This document shows positions 1 to 8,316 of a DNA stretch of 10,266 nt, piece by piece. Below the pieces are notes generated by a model that was not told the DNA's origin, did not search any database, and saw only the letters and a program-made list of their open reading frames with translations. Source of the stretch: Pseudobdellovibrionaceae bacterium (GTDB lineage Bacteria; Bdellovibrionota; Bdellovibrionia; Bdellovibrionales; Bdellovibrionaceae); contig JBGGMM010000123.1 of assembly GCA_041288045.1 (NCBI GenBank), positions 1 to 10,266 of the forward strand. The letters are read 5' to 3'. Numbering within the stretch: position 1 is the first letter of the stretch; the number at the start of each line of letters is the position of its first letter. The position numbers were made by a program, and so were the translations under genes.

Positions 1-15
1 CGCGCCGGGTGAAGC

Positions 16-46
16 AAAAAGAGAAAGGCACCCTCAATTAAGGGCT
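16..46 (-). terminator. Possible weak intrinsic terminator over the RND stop codon
   Basis: Minus strand reads GCCCTT-AATT-GAGGGT (6-bp stem with two G-U pairs), then GCC and TTTCTCTTTTT. The stem is weak, and the stretch could instead be the start of a downstream gene. Confidence 0.2.
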
Positions 47-3000
47 TCGTTGCCGACTTGGTGGAAAGCTTCTTTGATTCGTTCTCGGGCGGTGTCGCGC
101 TTTCGGAAACGATCCATCAGATCATAAGCGACTGGGACCACATAGAGAGTCAGCAGTGTTGAAACCAAGACCCCGCCAATCAAAGTGACCGCCATAGGCT
201 TGAAAGTTTCAGAACCAGCACCTGTTGCCACAGCTGAAGGGACTGCAGCAGCGATTGTCGCCAATGATGTCATCAAGATCGGTCGCAATCTTGTGGGACA
301 GGCTTCAAGCAGTGCAGCTCTTGCTGACGGAGCTCCCCGGTCGCGGACTGTGTTGGTGAATTCGACAAGTAGAATCGAGTTTTTCTTTACGATTCCCATC
401 AAAAGCAAAATCCCGATCATCGAATAAATGTTGATGGACTGATTGGTCAGCGCCAAAGCAAAGAAAGCTCCGCTGAAACTGAAGGGAAGCGCCATTAAAA
501 TCGCCATTGGATCGATGTAAGAATTGAACTGGGCTGCCAACACCATGTAAGCGACAAGGAAGCCCAAAATCAGAGCGAAGATCAAGCTCTGGAAAGATTC
601 TTGAAAGGTCTTAGAGCTTCCGGTTTGTTCAATTGTGTAACTTGGCTCCAAGATCTCTTTGGCTTTTTCAAACACAAAACCCAAAGCGGCCTGTTGGGAG
701 GCTCCTGGTTTTAAATTCGCATACACGGAAATCGCTCGTTGCCGATCGACCCTGGTGACTGACTGCAAGCTTGATTTGGTCTCTTGCCTGGTCACTTTGG
801 TGATTGGAATCAAATTGGATCGAGTGTTCCCGATCAGAAGATTTTTCAGCTCCCCGACTTGGTTTTCATCTTTTTCAATTTTCAAGCGGATGTCGTATCG
901 CTTTCCATCTTTGGCATACTGACCGGCTTTCACTCCGCCGATCAATGCATTCACTGTGGTTCCGATCGCATTGATGGTCACTCCGTGAAGAGCCGCTTGC
1001 ACTCGGTCCGGCATGATTTGAATTTCTGGCATTCCCAAAAGGTAATTGGAGTCCACATCCACCATCAAATTTGAATTTCTCATGGCTTCCATCAGCTTTT
1101 CACTTTGCTCGGCTAGTTTTTCCCAATTGGGACCAGAGACCCGAATTTCCACTGGGAAATTTCGTCCACTGCTAAATCCCCGCATCGAGAGGTCCTGCAT
1201 GAAAACTTTCACGTCTTTGATTTTTCGAAGCTCGCCCCGGGCCATGTCCATGAATTCCTGCTGGCTGAGCTGCTTGCCGGATTGTGGATTTTCAGGCCGA
1301 GTTCCTTTTTGCTTCATTGTGACGAACATCATCCCGGTGTTGGAATCATTGGATTGACCGGAAAAGCCTCCCAGGGCCGCGTACACTCGCTCGATTTCAC
1401 CTTGATTTAAAAACCAATCTTCAAGCAATTTCATTTTGTCATTGGTGAAAGCCAAGGAGCTTCCGATCGGGGTCTGAAAACGAACCATGAAAAGAGACTG
1501 ATCCTGCAAAGGCACCATTTCTTTTTTCAAAGATTTCACCACCACAAAAGAGCCGGCGACAAAAACAAAAGAAGCCAAAAGAACTTTCCAGCGGTGATTC
1601 AATGTCCACTGCAGAGTTCTGGTGTAAAAATCACGGAATCGATTCAGACCGTTTTCAAATGCTTTTCCGATTCGAGTGGTTCTTTCACCTTTGTGAACGA
1701 AAGTCGCACATCGCATGGGTGTGATGGTCAGGGATTCAAGCAATGAAAGAAGTACCGCCAGTGAAATGGTCACCCCAAATTGCAGAAAGAATTTACCGAT
1801 TACGCCTTTCATAAAGGCCACGGGCAAGAAAATCGCCACAACCGCAAAGCTGGCGGCGAGAGCTGCGAATGTAATTTCGCGAGCCCCGATGATGGCAGCT
1901 TCGACTTGGCTTCGGCCTTTTTCGTTGTAGCGGAATATGTTTTCGAGAACCATGATGGCATCATCCACCACAATCCCAATCGCCAATGTCAAACCCAGCA
2001 AAGTGAAAGTATTCAAAGTAAAACCAAAGAAATACAAACCAATGAACGCACCCATGATCGAAGTCGGAATCGACAGCAGAACATTCAAAGTCGCTGAGAA
2101 ACTTCCAAGAAATATCCAGCAAACAATAGAAGTCAGAATCACCGCCAACATCAAGTGATGAGTCAGATTGTCCACGGACTGCTCGATAAACACTGTGCTG
2201 TCTGAGTTGATGGTGAGAGCCATTCCCGGCGGCAATTGATCTTTCAATTCGGCCACTCGCTCTTTCACTCCTCTGGCGACTGCGACGGCGTTGGAACCCC
2301 GTTGTTTTTTGATTCCAAGGCCCAAGGCCGGAGTTTTATTGAAGCGAGAAAGCCTTCGCACTTCGTCCAAGCCTTCTTTGACGATGGCGACTTGGCCCAT
2401 TTTCACCATGTTCGATGGGTCGGCGATGGATTGACCGGCGCGCTTGCTGATCACGATGTTTTTAAATTCTTCGACGGATTTCGCTTCGCCCATGGTGCGC
2501 ACATTGAAATTTCTAGTGGCCGTTTCAACAAAGCCGCCAGGCATTTCGGTGTGCTCGTTCTTGATCGCGTCGATGATATCGTTGACAGCGATGTTGTAGC
2601 GAATGAGAGTTTCCGGTTTGACCCACACTCTGAGAGCAGGATCCGTGTAACCACCCAGATTGACTTCGCCGACGCCAGGGATGGTGGTGAATCGGTCTCG
2701 CAGCTGATCGCGAGCGTAGCGATTGAGAAACTCCATATCGCCTTTGTCGTAAGTCAGAGCCAGCCACATGATGGGCTGATCATCTGGATTGGTTTTTGAA
2801 ATGATCGGCGGTTCAATATCCGTGGGAAGTCGTCGTGCCGCTTGCGCCACTTTGGTTTGGACTTCTTGAAGGGCGACATTGATATCGCGCTCAAGCTCAA
2901 ATTCGACTGTTACATTGGCCAGTCCCGTTCGGCTCGTCGAAGTGATGCTGCGAATTCCTTCGACTGTGGAAAGGGCGTCTTCCAGAGGATCGACGACTGT

Positions 3001-3183
3001 GGTTTCCATGATTTCCGGAGCGGCACCCTCGAGTGTGACGGAGACATTGACATTTGGAAAGTCCACATCCGGGAGCTGACTGACTCCCATTCGAGAAAAA
3101 GAAATGGCACCGAAAATAATCAGGGCCGCCATCAACATCCAGGCAAAGACAGGATTGCGAATCGAGACGTCGGAAATCCGCAT
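34..3183 (-). CDS. Efflux RND transporter permease subunit, AcrB/AcrD/AcrF (HAE1-like) family, 1049 aa
   Basis: N-terminal 'SIRNPVFAW' followed by TM1. TM4 'GIVVDDAIMVLENIFR' has the proton-relay Asp pair, TM10 reads 'GIVKKNSILLVEF' and TM11 reads 'RLRPILMT'. There are two large periplasmic loops. I moved the start from TTG 3189 to ATG 3183 because AAGGAG (3190-3195) lies 6 nt upstream of that ATG. Confidence 0.96.
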   Translation of the reverse strand: MRISDVSIRNPVFAWMLMAALIIFGAISFSRMGVSQLPDVDFPNVNVSVTLEGAAPEIMETTVVDPLEDALSTVEGIRSITSTSRTGLANVTVEFELERDINVALQEVQTKVAQAARRLPTDIEPPIISKTNPDDQPIMWLALTYDKGDMEFLNRYARDQLRDRFTTIPGVGEVNLGGYTDPALRVWVKPETLIRYNIAVNDIIDAIKNEHTEMPGGFVETATRNFNVRTMGEAKSVEEFKNIVISKRAGQSIADPSNMVKMGQVAIVKEGLDEVRRLSRFNKTPALGLGIKKQRGSNAVAVARGVKERVAELKDQLPPGMALTINSDSTVFIEQSVDNLTHHLMLAVILTSIVCWIFLGSFSATLNVLLSIPTSIMGAFIGLYFFGFTLNTFTLLGLTLAIGIVVDDAIMVLENIFRYNEKGRSQVEAAIIGAREITFAALAASFAVVAIFLPVAFMKGVIGKFFLQFGVTISLAVLLSLLESLTITPMRCATFVHKGERTTRIGKAFENGLNRFRDFYTRTLQWTLNHRWKVLLASFVFVAGSFVVVKSLKKEMVPLQDQSLFMVRFQTPIGSSLAFTNDKMKLLEDWFLNQGEIERVYAALGGFSGQSNDSNTGMMFVTMKQKGTRPENPQSGKQLSQQEFMDMARGELRKIKDVKVFMQDLSMRGFSSGRNFPVEIRVSGPNWEKLAEQSEKLMEAMRNSNLMVDVDSNYLLGMPEIQIMPDRVQAALHGVTINAIGTTVNALIGGVKAGQYAKDGKRYDIRLKIEKDENQVGELKNLLIGNTRSNLIPITKVTRQETKSSLQSVTRVDRQRAISVYANLKPGASQQAALGFVFEKAKEILEPSYTIEQTGSSKTFQESFQSLIFALILGFLVAYMVLAAQFNSYIDPMAILMALPFSFSGAFFALALTNQSINIYSMIGILLLMGIVKKNSILLVEFTNTVRDRGAPSARAALLEACPTRLRPILMTSLATIAAAVPSAVATGAGSETFKPMAVTLIGGVLVSTLLTLYVVPVAYDLMDRFRKRDTARERIKEAFHQVGNEALN

Positions 3184-3193
3184 GAGCAACTCC

Positions 3194-4111
3194 TTAACTA
3201 CGAGGTAAGCCCGCTTTCGCTACTTTTGAATTGAACTCTTTGTGCATTTCGGAACTGAGCCATTTGTTTGTCTCAATGTAGTGCTGAAGATCAAGATCAG
3301 TCTCAACACCCATGCGCTCAAACATATAAACCACATCTTCTGTGGCCACATTTCCTGTGCTGCCGGGCGCATAGGGGCAACCGCCCAAGCCGCCCAAGCT
3401 GGCATCAAAAACTCGCACGCCTTGCTGGTAAGCCATGAGGATATTGGCAAGCGCAGTGCCGCGAGTGTCGTGAAAATGACCAGCAATTTTTTTGATGGGG
3501 ATCACTCGCTTGAGTTTCTTCATCAGGCTTGCCACCGATCCTGGATCGGCAACTCCAATAGTGTCGCCGATGGAAATTTCATAACAACCCATTTGGTAAA
3601 GCTTTCGGGCCAGCTCGACGACTTTTTTCTCAGAGACTTTGCCTTCAAATGGACAACCGAAACAAACCGAAAGATAACCCCTCACTTTGATCTTATTTTT
3701 TTTTGCCAGAGCCAGGACCGGCTGAAAACGTTGGAAGCTTTCCTCGATGCTACAGTTGATATTGGCTCTTGAGAAGGATTCTGTTGAAGCAGCAAAGACA
3801 GCAATTTCCTTCACTCCGGACTGAAGTGCGTCTCGCATTCCTTTTTCGTTGGGAACCAAAGCTGAGAAGCGAACGGAAGCTGGGATTTTTTTTGATTTTT
3901 GGAGAGCTAAAACTTGAGTGATGACTTCTTTGGAGCCGGCCATTTGTGGTACTTTATCAGAGCGAACGAAAGCTCCCAGCTCAAGTCGCTTTAAACCGGA
4001 TTGGGAAAGGCGACTTGCCATTTCCACTCGAGTCGCAATGGGAACGACGGCCTTTTCATTTTGCAGACCGTCTCTGAGACCCATTTCAACGATTTCAACT
4101 TTTCGACTCAT
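3194..4111 (-). CDS. liuE: Hydroxymethylglutaryl-CoA lyase
   Basis: DRE-TIM motif 'GLRDGLQNE', metal-binding 'HFHDTRG', catalytic Cys loop 'GGLGGCPYAPG' and 'GNVATED'. Sits with MCC and hydratase genes. Overlaps the upstream biotin-carrier gene by 17 nt, with GGTGA 7 nt before the ATG. Confidence 0.96.
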   Translation of the reverse strand: MSRKVEIVEMGLRDGLQNEKAVVPIATRVEMASRLSQSGLKRLELGAFVRSDKVPQMAGSKEVITQVLALQKSKKIPASVRFSALVPNEKGMRDALQSGVKEIAVFAASTESFSRANINCSIEESFQRFQPVLALAKKNKIKVRGYLSVCFGCPFEGKVSEKKVVELARKLYQMGCYEISIGDTIGVADPGSVASLMKKLKRVIPIKKIAGHFHDTRGTALANILMAYQQGVRVFDASLGGLGGCPYAPGSTGNVATEDVVYMFERMGVETDLDLQHYIETNKWLSSEMHKEFNSKVAKAGLPRS

Positions 4112-4439
4112 GAATTTTCACCAACAATTTGCCCAGCGCCACTTGGTCACCGACTTTGCAGGCGAGAGTTTCGATCTGTCCTGCCACATCCGCCTTCAAA
4201 GTGTACTCCATTTTCATGGCTTCCATGACCAAGACCACATCCCCGGCTTTGACTGCATCACCGACTTGCTTGAGAAGCTTGGTCACTTTTCCCGGCATAG
4301 GAGCCAGGATTTCACCTGACATCGCTTTGCCTGCGCCTTTTTTCCCAAACTTTTTCTGTGAGGGGCTTTCATAAATGAAAGTCCGTCCTTCAAAATGAAC
4401 CCAGAGCTGTCCTTTGATCATTTGCGAGGTGTTGGACAT
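4095..4439 (-). CDS. Biotin carboxyl carrier protein (C-terminal part of a split MCC alpha subunit), 114 aa
   Basis: 'APMPGKV' and the 'EAMKME' biotinylation motif (Lys codon at 4212-4214). I moved the start from TTG 4526 to ATG 4439, which forms a TAATG overlap with the biotin carboxylase stop and has GGAGAGG (4446-4452) 6 nt upstream. Confidence 0.93.
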   Translation of the reverse strand: MSNTSQMIKGQLWVHFEGRTFIYESPSQKKFGKKGAGKAMSGEILAPMPGKVTKLLKQVGDAVKAGDVVLVMEAMKMEYTLKADVAGQIETLACKVGDQVALGKLLVKIHESKS

Positions 4440-5926
4440 TACACACCTCTCCAGTAAGTTTGCCAGGGTGATTGAGAATTGGAAACACTGGACTCGACCT
4501 GACGAGAACTTGTTTTTCGTAAACAATTTTCTGCGAATTGTTTTTCGGCTGTGCTGAGTTCTGGCAATTTTAAAGGTTCAGAAAAATTCTTATCGATAAA
4601 TCGAGTCGTCATCGTTCCTTGCACAAATTCAGGATGCGAGAGAATTTCGAGCAGGTAGGGAATATTGGTGGAAACTCCAAATACGATCGAATCGCGCAGA
4701 ACCCTTTTTGTTTTTTGAATGGCTCGGCTTCGACTTTCATCCCAGACAATCACTTTGGCGATCATTGGGTCGTAATAAGAGGTGATTTCATCCCCTTCTT
4801 CAAAGCCGTACTCGAAGCGTCGACCTGGTCCTTCGGGCCATTCGACTTTTCCCAAAAGTCCAGTGGAGGGAACTCCGCCTAGATAGGGGTTCTCGGCGTA
4901 GATTCGACACTCAATGGAATGGCCTCTGGGCATCAGCATTTGGGATTCTGGAAAGACGGGCTCCCCCTGAGCCGTGAGAATTTGAGCTTTGACAAGATCA
5001 ATTCCCATCACCATTTCTGTGACGGGATGTTCGACTTGCAGACGAGTGTTCACTTCGAGCAGGTAGAACTGGCCATCTTGCAAAAGAAATTCGACAGTTC
5101 CAGCTCCTTTGTATCCGGCTTTCGAGGCGATGAGAATGGCAGCTTCACCCATTTTTCTTCGCATGTCCGGAGCGAGTGAGGGCGAAAGTGCTTCTTCGAT
5201 GATTTTTTGATGGCGCCTTTGCACTGAGCACTCGCGGTCTTGCAAATGAATCACTCGGCCTGTGGCATCGCCAAAAATTTGAAATTCGATGTGCTTGGCG
5301 CGATCTAGGTATTTTTCCAGAAAAACTTTGCTCGAGCCAAAAGCGGATTGGGATTCGCGTTGAGCAGATTCAATCAAATCGCGGGCTTCTTGAGAGTTAC
5401 GCAGGACTTTCATTCCCCGCCCGCCACCACCGGCTGCGGCTTTGATGATCACTGGGTATCCGATTTTTTCGGCTTCGCGAAGCAAAGTTTCAACGGATTG
5501 ATCTTCGCCTTCGTATCCTGGCACCAGTGGAAGCTCTAAACTTTTTGCGAGCTCCTTGCATTTCACTTTGTCACCCAAAGTTCTTGTCGACTTGGGGGAA
5601 GGGCCAATGAAAACCAAGCCCGCTTTTTCACAAGCTTCGGCGAAATCGGCATTTTCAGAGAGAAATCCAAAGCCCGGATGAATGGCATCTGCGCCACCGG
5701 CCAGTGCGCCTGTGATATTGGCTTGAATGTTCAAATAGCTTTCAGAAGTGGGCGCCGAACCAATGCAGATTTTTTTATCGGCCATTCGATAAGCTCTGGT
5801 TTGCACGTCGGGTTCGGAATGCAAGAGCACAGTTTCAAGTCCCATATCTTGGCAAGCCCGAATGATTCGAACAGCGACTTCGCCACGATTGGCGATGGCG
5901 ATTCTTTGAAACTTTTTAACTGCCAT
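4439..5926 (-). CDS. Biotin carboxylase (N-terminal part of MCC alpha, LiuD-like), lacking its own biotinyl domain
   Basis: 'IANRGEVAVRI', 'AIHPGFGFLSEN', ATP-grasp 'KAAAGGGGRGM', 'RECSVQRRHQK', 'EVNTRLQVEHPVTE' and 'YYDPMIAK'. No MKM motif. Ends in 'SPWQTYWRGV'. Confidence 0.95.
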   Translation of the reverse strand: MAVKKFQRIAIANRGEVAVRIIRACQDMGLETVLLHSEPDVQTRAYRMADKKICIGSAPTSESYLNIQANITGALAGGADAIHPGFGFLSENADFAEACEKAGLVFIGPSPKSTRTLGDKVKCKELAKSLELPLVPGYEGEDQSVETLLREAEKIGYPVIIKAAAGGGGRGMKVLRNSQEARDLIESAQRESQSAFGSSKVFLEKYLDRAKHIEFQIFGDATGRVIHLQDRECSVQRRHQKIIEEALSPSLAPDMRRKMGEAAILIASKAGYKGAGTVEFLLQDGQFYLLEVNTRLQVEHPVTEMVMGIDLVKAQILTAQGEPVFPESQMLMPRGHSIECRIYAENPYLGGVPSTGLLGKVEWPEGPGRRFEYGFEEGDEITSYYDPMIAKVIVWDESRSRAIQKTKRVLRDSIVFGVSTNIPYLLEILSHPEFVQGTMTTRFIDKNFSEPLKLPELSTAEKQFAENCLRKTSSRQVESSVSNSQSPWQTYWRGV

Positions 5927-6698
5927 GGACGGCCTTCCAGTTGGCGACTCGTTTTTCGAGAAAGCTTTTCAGACCCTCTTGGCCTTCAGAGCTGGTTCGC
6001 CTTTCGGAAATCACTCGGCAGGTTTCGGCTTTGAGCTGACTTGAATCCAAATCTGAAAATTGGCGGATCAGCTTTTTGGTTTCCCGCACGGCTTCTGGGC
6101 CTGCTTCTTGAAAATTTTGAACCGTGCGAGCCAAAGATTCGGCCAAATGAGATTCGGAAACCACTTCGTGAACGAGTCCGGCATCGAGAGCTTTTTTCGG
6201 AGAAAAAATTTGGCCAGACATCATCAGTGGGGCGATCGAGCCCACGGAGCATTTTTTTAAAATGAAAGCGCTGATCACGGCGGGCACGAGGCCGATTTTC
6301 ACTTCGGAAAAACACATTTGCGTGTTTTCTGCGGCGATCACGTAATCACAAGCAGCGATCAATCCCAAAGCTCCGCCAAAAGCAGCTCCGTGGACCACAC
6401 CGATGATAGGAATGGGACAGTTCCACAGGCTTTCGAACATTTCATAGAGCTTTTCTGAATCTGCTCTGTTTTGTTCCAACGAATATTGGACCATGCTTTT
6501 CATCCAATTGAGATCCGCTCCTGCGCAGAAGGCTTTGCCTTCGCCTGAGAGTACGATGGCTCTCAGGTCATTGCGCTGAGAGAGAATCTGAAATTCATCG
6601 GTGAGCCTTTGAATCATTTCAGGATGAAAGGCATTGCGGACGTCGGGGCGATCCAGGCTGATCACTGCGATGTTTTTTTCTTCGGTGATTTTCAACAT
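5916..6698 (-). CDS. liuC: Enoyl-CoA hydratase family, probable methylglutaconyl-CoA hydratase, 260 aa
   Basis: Crotonase motifs 'RPDVRNAF', 'FCAGADLNWM', 'GAAFGGALGL' and 'FSEVKIGLVPAVIS', with C-terminal 'EGQEGLKSFLEKR'. Lies between the MCC subunits. ATG 6698 is preferred over GTG 6704 because AGGA, overlapping the liuB stop, is 7 nt upstream of it. Confidence 0.9.
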   Translation of the reverse strand: MLKITEEKNIAVISLDRPDVRNAFHPEMIQRLTDEFQILSQRNDLRAIVLSGEGKAFCAGADLNWMKSMVQYSLEQNRADSEKLYEMFESLWNCPIPIIGVVHGAAFGGALGLIAACDYVIAAENTQMCFSEVKIGLVPAVISAFILKKCSVGSIAPLMMSGQIFSPKKALDAGLVHEVVSESHLAESLARTVQNFQEAGPEAVRETKKLIRQFSDLDSSQLKAETCRVISERRTSSEGQEGLKSFLEKRVANWKAVHGS

Positions 6699-6707
6699 AC
6701 CCACATC

Positions 6708-8315
6708 CTACATTCGAAAGACGCCCTGGTTTTGTGGTCCCCAGTCTTTATTCAGACTGGCGGCCAATCCCAAAGCGAGAACTTGTCTTGTATCCACGGG
6801 ATCGATGATTCCATCATCCCAAAGCCTTGCAGTTGAGTAATAAGCGGAGCTCTCTTTGTCGTATTTTTCCAAAGTTGGTTTTTTGAATTCGGCTTGTTGC
6901 TCGGGACTCATTTTCTCCCCTTTCGCGGCCAGCTGATCGAGCTTCACTGTGAGAAGCACGTTCGCCGCCTGCTCACCACCCATCACTGAAATTCGAGCAT
7001 TGGGCCACATCCACAGCTGTCTGGGTTGATAGGCTCGTCCGCACATTCCATAATTGCCGGCGCCGTAAGAGCCGCCAATCACCACTGTGAATTTAGGAAC
7101 TCGGGCATTGGACACGGCCATGACCATTTTGGCTCCGTGTTTGGCGATCCCTTCGTTTTCATATTTTTGCCCGACCATAAAGCCTGTGATGTTTTGCAGG
7201 AAAATCAGCGGGATCATTCGCTGTTCGCAGAGCTCGATGAAGTGTGTGGCCTTCAGAGCAGACTCGCTGAAGAGCACACCGTTGTTGGCGATGATTCCGA
7301 CTGGCATTCCCCAGAGGTGGGCAAATCCGCAGACCAGGGTTTTTCCGTAATTCATTTTGAATTCGTGAAATTTGCTGCCATCGACAATGCGGGCGATGAT
7401 TTCGCGGACGTCGTAGGGTACGCGCGGATCTTTAGAGATGATTCCGTAAATTTCTTTGATGTCGTAAATGGGTTCTTCGACTGTTTGTGTTTTCAAGCTC
7501 ACGACTTTTTTCTTATTCAAATGAGCGACGATGCTTTTTGTGATTTCGATGGCGTGTTCGTCGTTTTCGGCGAAGTGATCGGTGACTCCGCTGATTTCAC
7601 AGTGCACGTAGGCTCCGCCCAAATCTTGCGCGCTGACCTCTTCGCCAGTGGCGGCTTTCACTAAGGGTGGACCGCCGAGGAAAATGGTGCCGTTATCTTT
7701 GACGATGACGTTTTCATCACTCATCGCTGGCACGTAAGCTCCACCGGCTGTGCAGGAACCCATGACGACTGAGATTTGGGGGATTCGGGCGGCAGACATT
7801 CGGGCTTGGTTGTAGAAAATGCGGCCAAAGTGATCGCGGTCTGGAAAGACATCGGCTTGCATGGGAAGAAAAGCACCACCGCTATCCACTAGGTAAATGC
7901 AGGGAAGGCCGTTTTCAAATGCAATTTCTTGGGCTCGCAAATGTTTTTTCACTGTCATGGGAAAATAGGTTCCGCCTTTGACAGTGGCGTCGTTGGCGAC
8001 GATCACGCATTCGGTTCCTGAAATGACGCCAATACCGGTGATGACTCCGGCGCCTGGGGCTTGGCCTTCGTACATGTCCCAAGCTGCGAATGTTGAGAAT
8101 TCCAAAAAAGAAGTTCCTGGATCCAGCAATCCTTCGATTCGTTCGCGGGCTGTGAGTTTGCCGCGGGATTTGTGCTTAGCTAAGGCTTCGGCTCCGCCGC
8201 CGAGTTTGATTTGCTCGAGGCGCTTTTTCCATTCGGTCAAATGCGAGAGCATGTGGTCGCGGTTTTCTTGAAATTCGCGCGAATTCATATCGAATTCTGA
8301 AGAGATCACTGACAT
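6708..8315 (-). CDS. liuB: 3-methylcrotonyl-CoA carboxylase beta (carboxyltransferase) subunit
   Basis: '[10 protein letters not shown]', '[26 protein letters not shown]', '[10 protein letters not shown]', '[13 protein letters not shown]', '[12 protein letters not shown]', '[11 protein letters not shown]' and terminal 'GVFRM' are typical of MCC beta. Length is 535 aa. Confidence 0.95.
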   Translation of the reverse strand: MSVISSEFDMNSREFQENRDHMLSHLTEWKKRLEQIKLGGGAEALAKHKSRGKLTARERIEGLLDPGTSFLEFSTFAAWDMYEGQAPGAGVITGIGVISGTECVIVANDATVKGGTYFPMTVKKHLRAQEIAFENGLPCIYLVDSGGAFLPMQADVFPDRDHFGRIFYNQARMSAARIPQISVVMGSCTAGGAYVPAMSDENVIVKDNGTIFLGGPPLVKAATGEEVSAQDLGGAYVHCEISGVTDHFAENDEHAIEITKSIVAHLNKKKVVSLKTQTVEEPIYDIKEIYGIISKDPRVPYDVREIIARIVDGSKFHEFKMNYGKTLVCGFAHLWGMPVGIIANNGVLFSESALKATHFIELCEQRMIPLIFLQNITGFMVGQKYENEGIAKHGAKMVMAVSNARVPKFTVVIGGSYGAGNYGMCGRAYQPRQLWMWPNARISVMGGEQAANVLLTVKLDQLAAKGEKMSPEQQAEFKKPTLEKYDKESSAYYSTARLWDDGIIDPVDTRQVLALGLAASLNKDWGPQNQGVFRM

Positions 8316-8316
8316 T

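Noticed and set aside
7..33. GGGTG...CACCC inverted repeat
   Set aside because: Only 5 bp with a 17-nt loop, which is expected by chance.
185..3234. Many plus-strand ORFs (up to 187 aa) and small alternate-frame minus ORFs within the RND gene
   Set aside because: They are shadows of a well-conserved CDS and show no recognisable motifs.
4440..4526. 29-aa N-terminal extension of BCCP from TTG 4526
   Set aside because: It would overlap BC by 88 nt. ATG 4439 has a strong RBS and a TAATG overlap.
4095..5926. Pseudogene reading of the split alpha subunit, or acetyl-CoA carboxylase accB/accC
   Set aside because: Both parts keep their catalytic motifs and have proper start signals. The MCC beta, hydratase and HMG-CoA lyase context points to MCC.
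6708..8315. Geranyl-CoA or propionyl-CoA carboxylase beta subunit
   Set aside because: '[11 protein letters not shown]', '[11 protein letters not shown]' and 'GVFRM', together with the liuC/liuE context, fit MCC better. No terpene-utilisation dehydrogenases are present in the window.
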